From NCBI GenBank assembly GCA_963829055.1, contig CAWHHI010000010.1, forward strand, positions 1 through 64,000: a stretch of 64,000 nt of DNA. Direction: 5' to 3'. The stretch is from an uncultured Gemmatimonadaceae bacterium. Its GTDB lineage: Bacteria > Gemmatimonadota > Gemmatimonadetes > Gemmatimonadales > Gemmatimonadaceae. Each line of letters begins with the position of its first letter. The first letter of the stretch is position 1. The position numbers and the translations under genes are program-made. Positions 46,128 through 54,386 of the stretch are shown here, piece by piece. The notes beneath the pieces are model-generated. The model did no database searches. It was given only the letters and a program-made list of their open reading frames with translations, and was not told the DNA's origin.

Positions 46128-46766
46128 TCATGCGTTGCGCCGCGGCGTTCCGTCAGCGGTATCGAGCCCCAGAATACCGCGGATGATCCGCGATACCACC
46201 GGAGCTACGTCTTCGGGGGTTCGCCGCGCGCCGGCGAATGCGTCGAACGTGTCGAAGCTCAGGAGCACATACAGCACATTCACCAGCTCGTCGCGCGGGA
46301 CAACAGGACTGACCCGAGACCCGAGGCGACGAAGCAGCTCTGTCACACCCTTCCGCCGCCGCTCGTTGCGCCGTTCCATCGCCGTCGCGAGCTCTTCGTC
46401 ATGGAGCGCGGCAGCGCGCAGTCGCCGGTGCGCTCGACGGTTGAGCGTCCAGAATCGCGCGAAGATCGCGATGTACTGGTCCAGCGCGACGAGCGGATCA
46501 GGCTCCTTGAAGATGTCGGCCATCTGACCGAGTGGGCCGCGTAGCGCGAGGGAATCGAAGAGCGCTTCGAGGAGGCCCGCCTTCGACTCGAACTGATTGT
46601 ACACCGTCATGCGAGCCACCCCCGCTCGGCGCGCCACGGCGTCGATCGAGAAGCCTTCCGCCTCGTCGTCCTCGAGCAGGTCGCGGGCAGCTACGACGAT
46701 GCGTTCGCGACCGGCGTCGACTGCGCGCTGACGTTCCACTGCCGTGTATGTCCGGCGTTTCGCCAT
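46128..46766 (-). CDS. TetR family transcriptional regulator
   Basis: SIDAVARRAGVARMTVYNQFESKAGL HTH. Confidence 0.93.
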   Translation of the reverse strand: MAKRRTYTAVERQRAVDAGRERIVVAARDLLEDDEAEGFSIDAVARRAGVARMTVYNQFESKAGLLEALFDSLALRGPLGQMADIFKEPDPLVALDQYIAIFARFWTLNRRAHRRLRAAALHDEELATAMERRNERRRKGVTELLRRLGSRVSPVVPRDELVNVLYVLLSFDTFDAFAGARRTPEDVAPVVSRIIRGILGLDTADGTPRRNA

Positions 46767-46772
46767 GGGTTG

Positions 46773-46817
46773 ATTTCGTTATACTGGCAGTCTAATTTCG
46801 TTGGACGACACGTCTAA
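46773..46817. promoter_or_regulatory. Tandem candidate TetR operators
   Basis: TTATAC-N5-GTCTAA (46779-46795) and TTGGAC-N5-GTCTAA (46801-46817), each preceded by ATTTCG, with a 22-bp period. Confidence 0.65.
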
Positions 46818-46846
46818 CATGCGAAATCTGGCTAGCGGAGGCGAGA

Positions 46847-47221
46847 ATGAGTCTGTCTCGAAAGCTTCTCATGGGCATGCGCGTCGGCGCCGGACTTCAG
46901 GTGCTGGTGGGCATCGCGCTCTGGATGGGTTACTGGTATTCGCTCGTGAACGTCCACATGCTCATCGGTGTGGTGTTCGTTCTGCTCCTGTGGACGATCG
47001 CCGGCATCGCGATCTCGCACAGGCAGAGCGTGGGCCTGGCCGCGTTCGCGATCGCGTGGGGTCTGCTGGTGGCGGGGGTCGGCATGACGCAGCAGGGCCT
47101 GCTGCCCGGCGACCTCCACTGGATCGTCCGCGTTATGCACCTCGTGATCGGACTGGCGGCGATGCCGATCGCGGAACGGCTGGCTGGTAGTCCCGCACGG
47201 AGTTCCCTCCAACCAGCCTGA
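46847..47221 (+). CDS. Small four-TM membrane protein with two HxxxG motifs
   Basis: Hydrophobic helices, VHMLIG and MHLVIG. Divergent from the TetR gene. Confidence 0.8.
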   Translation: MSLSRKLLMGMRVGAGLQVLVGIALWMGYWYSLVNVHMLIGVVFVLLLWTIAGIAISHRQSVGLAAFAIAWGLLVAGVGMTQQGLLPGDLHWIVRVMHLVIGLAAMPIAERLAGSPARSSLQPA

Positions 47222-47262
47222 CCCATTGTGACGCGCGAGCGGTTCAGCCGGTTTGGCACCGC

Positions 47263-47781
47263 ATGACTGCACACACTCCCCGTCGTTTCCGTACCGGTGC
47301 CCTGATCACGCTGATCACCGCCGCCGGGGCGGGCGCGGCGTGTACCGACAGATCGTCGTCGACCGGTCTGGGCACTCCGCAGGTGGAAGTCCCAACCGCC
47401 ATGGTCGAGGGAGCCGGGTCGCTCAGCGAGCTCCAGCAGCGACGCGCGGCCTGGGTGGCGCGCGGCATCGCCGACTACCGCGTTCAGCTGCGAATCTCCT
47501 GCTTCTGCGGCAGCGAGATCACACGTCCGGTGCTCTTGGAGGTACGCGGTGGCGTGGTCTCGAAGGTCTGGGATCTCGAGACCGCAAAGCCGGTCCCGCC
47601 GCTGGCCGCGTATCCCACCATCACGCAGCTCTTCGACAACGCGATCGCGGAGCGGTCGCGCGAAGGCTTCGTCACAGTCACGTATGATCGCGCGACGGGG
47701 ATCCCGGCGAGCCTCGTGATCGGCACGCTCGCCAACGACGCGGGAACCGCCTATCAGCTCGGCGGCCTAACGCGGCTGTAG
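47263..47781 (+). CDS. DUF6174-like lipoprotein
   Basis: Lipobox GAAC; W...GI.DY....SCFC, V..G.V, TI..LF, V.YD..TG.P. Confidence 0.75.
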   Translation: MTAHTPRRFRTGALITLITAAGAGAACTDRSSSTGLGTPQVEVPTAMVEGAGSLSELQQRRAAWVARGIADYRVQLRISCFCGSEITRPVLLEVRGGVVSKVWDLETAKPVPPLAAYPTITQLFDNAIAERSREGFVTVTYDRATGIPASLVIGTLANDAGTAYQLGGLTRL

Positions 47782-47803
47782 CGCCAGTCGCGCGCGGGCG
47801 GCA

Positions 47804-48562
47804 TCACGCCATTACGGCGCCGCCACTGACGTCCAGAATGGCGCCCGTGATCCACGCCGACTGATCGGACGCCAGGAACACCGCGGCGCGTGCGACGTCG
47901 TCCGGAGTGCCCAACCGCCGGATGGGATGCATGTCGACGAGCGACCGCTTCTGCGCTTCAGGGATACGCTCCTCGTTGCGGTCCGTGAGAATCGTTTCCG
48001 GCGCGATGCAGCTCACGCGAATACCGTCCGGCCCCACCTGCGCGGCCAGGTGCTGCGTGAGCATCTGAATGCCGGCCTTCGCGGCGGCGTACGGAATAGG
48101 CGACTGCGGATGCGGCCGGCGTGCGGCAGCCGACGACATCGTGATGATGCACCCGGATTTCCGCTCCTTCATCCGCGGGAGGAAGCACTTGATGGTCAGG
48201 AACGTCGCCGTGAGGTTCCCCTCGACCAATGCGTGCCAGCCATCCTCTGGAATCGTTTCGAGCGGGCCGGGCATGGTGAAGCTGCCGCCGGCGTTGGCGA
48301 CGAGGATGTCCACCGGCCCCAGAGCCTGTTCAATGTCCGCGCGCATCGCCTGGAGGTCGGCGAACACCGTCACGTCGCCAGTGACCTGCCTAACGCTGCC
48401 ACCGTCGCGCGCGATCTCGTCCGCCACCGCCGAGAGTGCCGCGCGGTCCCGCCCGTGTACGACGACCGTCGCCCCTTCCCGTGCGAACCGCAGCGCGATC
48501 GCGGCGCCAATGCCTCGCGAGCTGCCTGTCACGAGGGCGACCTTCCCCGTCAGCTCGGCCAT
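47804..48562 (-). CDS. Short-chain dehydrogenase/reductase
   Basis: TGSSRGIG, ANAG, YAAAK, RLGTPDDVA. Confidence 0.95.
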   Translation of the reverse strand: MAELTGKVALVTGSSRGIGAAIALRFAREGATVVVHGRDRAALSAVADEIARDGGSVRQVTGDVTVFADLQAMRADIEQALGPVDILVANAGGSFTMPGPLETIPEDGWHALVEGNLTATFLTIKCFLPRMKERKSGCIITMSSAAARRPHPQSPIPYAAAKAGIQMLTQHLAAQVGPDGIRVSCIAPETILTDRNEERIPEAQKRSLVDMHPIRRLGTPDDVARAAVFLASDQSAWITGAILDVSGGAVMA

Positions 48563-48567
48563 CGGCC

Positions 48568-48945
48568 CTACCGACCGACGAGCGCGAGGATGTTGCCGTC
48601 AGGATCCTTGAACCAGGCGGCGCGGGACTTTCCGGTCACGTGAAGATCGCCGTGGCGCTCCATGCCCGGAAAATCGTAGTGCTCGAACTTCACGCCCTTC
48701 GCCTTGAGTGCCTCGACCACCGCCTCGAGATCGCCGTCCACCATCCACGTCGCGGCCGTCGCGCGGTTCGTTCCGGCAAACTGCGACTGGTAGACGAGGA
48801 TGGACGTCTTCCCCGTCTTGAACGGGAGCACGCCAGGCTCGCTCGCGGGCATTGGCGTTAGGCCGACGACGGCCTCGTAGAATCTCCTCGCCGCCTCGAT
48901 GTCCTTCACCGCGATCGTCGCCGTCGCGTCGTTGTCGCCGAGCAT
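48568..48945 (-). CDS. VOC/glyoxalase family protein
   Basis: VKDIEAARRFY, L.AKGV.FEHYD.PG, AWFKDPDGNIL. Confidence 0.92.
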   Translation of the reverse strand: MLGDNDATATIAVKDIEAARRFYEAVVGLTPMPASEPGVLPFKTGKTSILVYQSQFAGTNRATAATWMVDGDLEAVVEALKAKGVKFEHYDFPGMERHGDLHVTGKSRAAWFKDPDGNILALVGR

Positions 48946-49033
48946 GGTCTACCTCCAGAACGTGAGCCGAAATCGGGACGGGTGAGCGAGCCCGAGACCG
49001 CGAATCTCGGGCCGCCCGCCAGCTCAGTCCGGA

Positions 49034-49612
49034 TTATCCCGGCGCGTGACCGGTCTCGTCTGGCGTCCGAGGGCGAGCGTCACGACGCGTCGTGATCGCC
49101 CAGTCCGCACGCGGATCGTCCATGTCGAGGCGCCGGATCCCGCCCGCGAATCGTCCCTGCAGGCGCGTGTACTCGGCCTGCTTCGCGGCGTCGGGATGCG
49201 TCCAGTCATGGAGGTAGTACACCTCCTTCACACCGGCCTGCAGCATCTCCTTCGTGCACCCGAAGCACGGACGCATCGTCGAGTACACGGTGCTTCCCTG
49301 CACCGCGATCCCGAAGCGGGCCGCCGCGAGCAAGGCGTTCTGCTCCGCGTGAACGCAGATGCACAGATCGTAGCCGGTGCCCGACGGGTATTGATCACGG
49401 TTTGCGCACCGGTGGCAGCCGCCCTCGGAGCAGTTGGGCATGTTCTCCGGCGTGCCGTTGTAGCCGGTCGAAACGATGCGACGGTCTACGACGACGATCG
49501 CACCCACACGGTTGCCGGTACAGTCCGCACGCTCGCGCACGGCGAGCGCGATACCCATGAAGTACCGGTGCGGGTCGGGGCGAGCGATCTGAGGTCCGTC
49601 GGCGCTGGTCAT
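49034..49612 (-). CDS. dCMP deaminase family protein
   Basis: YFMGIA.AV..R..C, STGYNG.P, HAEQNA and PCFGC zinc motif. Confidence 0.92.
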   Translation of the reverse strand: MTSADGPQIARPDPHRYFMGIALAVRERADCTGNRVGAIVVVDRRIVSTGYNGTPENMPNCSEGGCHRCANRDQYPSGTGYDLCICVHAEQNALLAAARFGIAVQGSTVYSTMRPCFGCTKEMLQAGVKEVYYLHDWTHPDAAKQAEYTRLQGRFAGGIRRLDMDDPRADWAITTRRDARPRTPDETGHAPG

Positions 49613-49751
49613 GCGGAGACAATACGAAACACCGGGCGTCTTTTCGAGCCGGCGCGAGCCGGTGTGTTTGGCGGCCCGGATGCTTCAGGCGAGTCGGCTT
49701 TGCTGGCATCTCGTCTGCATTCGTTCTGCGGGTATGCAGGCCAATCACCCA

Positions 49752-51239
49752 ATGGAAAATCCGCCGTCTAGCGCACAGGCGGCGGGGGACGACTCGTCAG
49801 ACGACACGCAGAACGAGATCACGCCCGAAGACCGCGAGCGCGAGGCCGCCTACCGCAGAGGCGAGGCTCGCGAGCGCGAGCGCGCGGAGGGGAAATGGAC
49901 CGGGCGCGACCACTCCTTCCGTCGCGAGAGCGTCCCCGCCACCATTCGCGCCTTCGCCGCGCTCGCCGAGAACGTGCGAGACTATGCAATTTTTCTGATG
50001 AACCCCGACGGAGTCATCACGTACTGGGGCGAGGGCGCGCGCTTCATCAAGTGGTGGACGAAAGACCAGGCCGAGGGCGGTCACCTGCGCCTGCTCTATC
50101 CGTCGGGCGGCTCGGAAGACGGAACGGCTGAAGACCACCTGCGCGAGGCCGCCGAACGCGGCGAGTACACGGGCGAAGGCCACCGTATGCGCAGCGACGG
50201 CTCGAAGTTCTGGGGCGGCATCACGCTCACGGCGTTACGCGACGAGGACGGCACCCTGCTCGGGTTCGCCAAGCTCACGCGCGACCTGACAGCCAGGAGG
50301 GCCGCCGACAATCTGCTGCAGGCGGCGGCCGAAGCGGCCGAGGCGGCGAGCCAGGCGAAGAGCAGCTTCCTCGCGACGATGAGCCATGAGATCCGCACGC
50401 CGGTCAACGCGATCATCGGCTATCACGAGCTGTTGGCGATGGAGACGGACGGTCCGCTCACGCCCGTGCAGCGGCGTCACCTCGCGCGCGCGACCGCGAG
50501 CGGCCGTCATCTGCTCGCGCTCATTTCGGAGGTGCTCGACTTTTCTCGCATCGACGCGGACCGCGTACTGGTCGGCCGGAATGCATTCCGGGTGGGCGAC
50601 GTGGTCAGCGCGGCGCTGAGCTTCATCGCGCCGGATGCTCGGGCGCGTGGGCTCGAGCTCGTCGACAAACTGGGCGGACGTGCTGCGGGACTCATGGCAT
50701 GGGGCGACGAGAGTCGCGTTCGACAGGTCCTGATCAACCTTCTCTCCAACGCGGTCAAGTTCACGGAGGGCGAAGGCGGGCAGGCAGGCCGCGTCACGGT
50801 CAGCGCCGGCATGGCGGCAGAGCCATCCCCCGACGCACGTCTCTCGGGCGACGGCCCATGGGTTTACATCCGTGTCGAGGACACCGGCGCCGGCGTTCCC
50901 AACAGTCGACTCGAGGCCATCTTCGAGCCGTTCGTCCAGGCGGACATGACGCTGACTCGTCCGTACGGCGGTACCGGGCTCGGTCTTGCCATCAGCCGCC
51001 GTCTCGCGCGCCTCATGGGAGGTGACGTGACGGCACGAAGCGAGGAGGGGGTTGGGTCCAGCTTTTTCCTCTGGCTTCCCGCGGCACCGGTCGAGTCGAT
51101 GCAGAGCGGTGGCGTCGAGGGGCACAACCCGCCGGTGGATGTCACGCCGGCGCACGAGCCTGGACTCGGCAAACAGGACGAGGAACCCGTGCAGGACCCG
51201 GAGGCCGCTACCGCGAGACCTGAAACAGGACGTTCCTGA
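49752..51239 (+). CDS. Cytoplasmic PAS-domain sensor histidine kinase
   Basis: DYAIF...P.G...W PAS, R.DGS.FW PAC, FLATMSHEIRTP, QVL.NLLSNAVKFT, DTG.G, GGTGLGL. Confidence 0.93.
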   Translation: MENPPSSAQAAGDDSSDDTQNEITPEDREREAAYRRGEARERERAEGKWTGRDHSFRRESVPATIRAFAALAENVRDYAIFLMNPDGVITYWGEGARFIKWWTKDQAEGGHLRLLYPSGGSEDGTAEDHLREAAERGEYTGEGHRMRSDGSKFWGGITLTALRDEDGTLLGFAKLTRDLTARRAADNLLQAAAEAAEAASQAKSSFLATMSHEIRTPVNAIIGYHELLAMETDGPLTPVQRRHLARATASGRHLLALISEVLDFSRIDADRVLVGRNAFRVGDVVSAALSFIAPDARARGLELVDKLGGRAAGLMAWGDESRVRQVLINLLSNAVKFTEGEGGQAGRVTVSAGMAAEPSPDARLSGDGPWVYIRVEDTGAGVPNSRLEAIFEPFVQADMTLTRPYGGTGLGLAISRRLARLMGGDVTARSEEGVGSSFFLWLPAAPVESMQSGGVEGHNPPVDVTPAHEPGLGKQDEEPVQDPEAATARPETGRS

Positions 51240-52395
51240 TCGGCGCGCCATCGCGCCGGTCGCCCGTCGCGCGTTGATCGACGTCGAACAGCCGATCGAC
51301 GTTGTTGCCGGCCACGTCCTCCAGCGCACTCTCCACGCGCAACGTGTGGCTGCCGGCAACCCACACCGTGGACGGCGAGAACACCCAGATGCTGTCACCC
51401 TCGGCCAATTGGGCCGAGCCGGCGATCGGGCGGCCGTTGCTATCGAGCTACGGAGATCATCCGGCTGGCCAGCGCGTGATCGAGCGGCTCGCCGAACGCG
51501 ACACGTAGCCCGTCGCGCGTCCCGGCCCGCGGCGGCGTTAGGCGCCAGCGCGTCGGGATCGGGCGATCGCCGGTCGGCGGCAACGGCCGCGAACGCGAGG
51601 CGGTAGCCGGACGCGATCGGAGTCCCAGTTCCGTCCGGCCACTGGTCGTCGATGACGAGCGTGTAGCGTCGTCCCGCGACGAGCGGCGCGCCCGACTCGA
51701 GGTTCGTTCGGATCCCTCGCTTCACGCGCCCGGGGTCGAATAGCAGCGTGAGACGACGGCGCTCGGGATCCCAGAGCTCCTGATCCAGCGCGAGGAACGC
51801 GCTGTTCACCTCACGCCCTGCTTCATCGATGAGGTGCACGTGCGCGAGCGCGCTGCCCGCCTCCATGGGCGCCGAGAACTCGAGATACCACCGAAGGAGA
51901 TTGCTCGGTAATTCCGGAAGCGCTGGATGAACGGCAATGATCCGCGTCGTTCGTTGACGCGCCGTGACGGGAATCGCAAAGCGATGCGTGATCGGTGGCG
52001 TCTCGCTCGCGCGTCCGGCCATGACGCCTAACGCTGACATATCGACGTCGACCCGGTACTTCACGCCGGGAACGAATGGGAACCGCGGCGTGAAATGGAG
52101 CGTGGTGCCGCTCGCCGTGTACCGGCCGAGTACGGGTGGGGTGTGCGCGGCTCGCGGGGATGCCGACGTGGTGTCGGTGACAGGATTGTCGCCATCGACG
52201 TACACGGCGACGACTCGCGACCACAGGGAGTCGTCGGGCGCGAGCTGCGAGAGCTTGGTCGTGGTGGTGCGGTACGATGCCGGTGACGTGGACGGCGTGC
52301 TGTGGTCCGGTCAGGCTTGCTGATATCGAGACAGGTGGCGGTTCGGCGCACGCGGCCGCCATTGCGAGGAAGGCTGTGGCAAACGGCAACTGCAA
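51208..52395 (-). CDS. Hypothetical lipoprotein with Ig-like fold, frameshifted, start uncertain
   Basis: AMAAAC lipobox; F.PRFPF..G..Y, LP.NLLR.Y.EFSAPM, ELWD...RLTLLFDPGRVKRG, LEDVAGN. Confidence 0.65.
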
Positions 52396-52712
52396 GAAGA
52401 CAGGATTGCCAGGATTGGCAGGATTACAGGATGACTGCCTCGACGTCGGGAGCGTGTCGCCAGGGCCTAACGAATGTGGAACAGATCTCAGAGAGAGTGG
52501 CGTCGCGAGCGGCTGTTCCCCTTGTTCTCCTGGGCTCGTTGCGCGAAGGACACTGAGTGCGACACGGAGGCTCTGTTCAATCCTGTCCATCCTGCCAATC
52601 CTGTCCTGCTGTTGCCGTTTGGCACCGTCATGTTCACAGAAGATCCCTCGCTTGCGCTCGGGATGACAACGGCTGACGCTCGGGATGACAACGGGCCGGC
52701 GCTCGGATGACA
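52378..52712. repeat. CAGGATT/AATCCTG tandem-unit palindrome plus three half-REP units
   Basis: GCAAACGGCAAC..(CAGGATT)n on the left and (AATCCTG)n..GTTGCCGTTTG on the right, then CGCTCGGGATGAC x3 (third copy degenerate). Confidence 0.75.
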
Positions 52713-53894
52713 TCAGAGCCAGTTCAATCCCTGACTGACCACGTTGAGCTGACCGGTGTCGATGTCACGCTGCAGGAGCACGAGATTGCTCGCGTTGTAG
52801 TTATCCAGCTGCAGCACGCCGATCACCGCCACTGGTAAGTAGCCGACGCCCGCCGGCTGCCACGCCTGCTTCACCGCCGATGTCATTGGCTTCGCGGACG
52901 CGATCTCCGCGGGGTCGAGCCGCGTCAGCGTGCGGTTGCTGTTCGCGATCAGGATGTACTCCTTGCCCTTCGGGTTCGTGTAGCGAACCATGTCGAACGG
53001 ACGGTTCCCGCCACCCAACTCGGCCACCGTCTTCCCGCGCACGTGCTTCTGGCCGGCAAGGGCGGCGCGCGCGACGGTCACGATCGGCGAGCAACCGTAG
53101 CCCGCAACGAGTGACGGTGTGCCAGCTAGGGTAATCGGCAGGAACGACTCGATCGGCGACGCGGTTTCGTAGCGGTCGTGCGACGTGTGGAACATCTCGA
53201 CCGTCGTCGTGCTCGCCGCGCGACCGAACGGGTACGGCAACCGCCGCAGCGTCGACGCGAACTCCTCGTTCCCGAGGCCGGCGACGTAGAGCTCTCCGTC
53301 CGCCAGCGCGATATCGGTGATGGAGAACGCGCGCTTGGGCTCGCCCCACGGCGTCTTCGCGTCGGCGTTAGGCGCATCGGTGAGGGCCGCGCGGGCGTTC
53401 ATGATACGCTCGAGCGGCAGCACGGTGACCTTCTCGTCAGCTTTCGTCACGCTGACGACGAGCGGCACCGCGTCGTTGCCCTTTCCGCGCGTCAGCGAGA
53501 AGTACAGCGATTGCGAGAGCGGATGCGCCACCATGTCCACGATGTGAAGCTGGTCGCGCGTGGTCCCGAGCGCGGCAGCGATCTTCCCATCGACGTCGTC
53601 GATGCGGACGGCGGTCCGGGAGGTGTCACGATGTGCTTCCGCGACATCGACGGCGTAGATCGCGGCGCCGCGCGGATCGGCGATGAAGAGCGTACCGTCC
53701 GGCGAGAAATACATCACGCCGGCCGACTGTAGTTCGACGGCGCCCATGTGCATGCCCACGGACACAGACGAAGCGATGGGCGTTGGATGGTCGGGCAGCT
53801 CATCGGGTAAGCCGATGGCGCTTGTGCCGTCCTTCGTGGCGACGAGAGTCGCAAGGCCTGTGACGGCGAGCGTGATGCGCGTAAGCCCCTTCAT
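52713..53894 (-). CDS. Secreted conserved-looking hypothetical protein, probable beta-propeller
   Basis: GGAG RBS and signal peptide; SAG...F.PDG.LF.AD, SITD, YVAGL.NEEFASTLR, H..H..YET.SP, TVAELG.GNRP.DM. Confidence 0.75.
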   Translation of the reverse strand: MKGLTRITLAVTGLATLVATKDGTSAIGLPDELPDHPTPIASSVSVGMHMGAVELQSAGVMYFSPDGTLFIADPRGAAIYAVDVAEAHRDTSRTAVRIDDVDGKIAAALGTTRDQLHIVDMVAHPLSQSLYFSLTRGKGNDAVPLVVSVTKADEKVTVLPLERIMNARAALTDAPNADAKTPWGEPKRAFSITDIALADGELYVAGLGNEEFASTLRRLPYPFGRAASTTTVEMFHTSHDRYETASPIESFLPITLAGTPSLVAGYGCSPIVTVARAALAGQKHVRGKTVAELGGGNRPFDMVRYTNPKGKEYILIANSNRTLTRLDPAEIASAKPMTSAVKQAWQPAGVGYLPVAVIGVLQLDNYNASNLVLLQRDIDTGQLNVVSQGLNWL

Positions 53895-54048
53895 CGTTGC
53901 GTTCCTCCACGATGTGGTGATGCGGGTCGGGCTGGGACGAATCGGTGGAGTACCCCACCGTTCGTCCGCCACGATATCGCCGAGAGCTGTCGTTGCGGTC
54001 AGGGGCATGTCGGGAAACGGTAGAGAGACGCGCTCCGTTCAGGCCACT

Positions 54049-54209
54049 CAGCTGCACGCTGGGAACATCTGCCGCCGGCTGCATGCTGCGGCCGCACGCT
54101 GCCCGCTGCTGCCAATACCGCCCGGTCACCCACGCGCTGCCCGCTGCATGCAGCCGCACCCAGCGTCACCCAGCAACAAGCACGACCACCCAGCAACCAG
54201 CCGCAGTTC
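54049..54209. repeat. Dispersed non-palindromic repeat, copy 2
   Basis: Homologous to 6976-7123, in the same orientation. Confidence 0.85.
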
Positions 54210-54386
54210 TCTCCCTGTCTCGAGTCAGGGTGCGTTCCCCACCTCGGACAGGGACATTAGACCAGCCTAACAACTCCAAATTCCGGACGAATGACCGATC
54301 CACGATTCGCCCGGCGACGACGATCTTCCGGCCGCAAATCAGCTGCACGATCAGCCGCACGTTCGTCCATCTCCGCCGTGAGTCGT

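Noticed and set aside
49034..49612. dCMP deaminase read as an anti-phage dCTP deaminase
   Set aside because: It is a stand-alone 192-aa enzyme with no kinase-like domain and no defence-island context.
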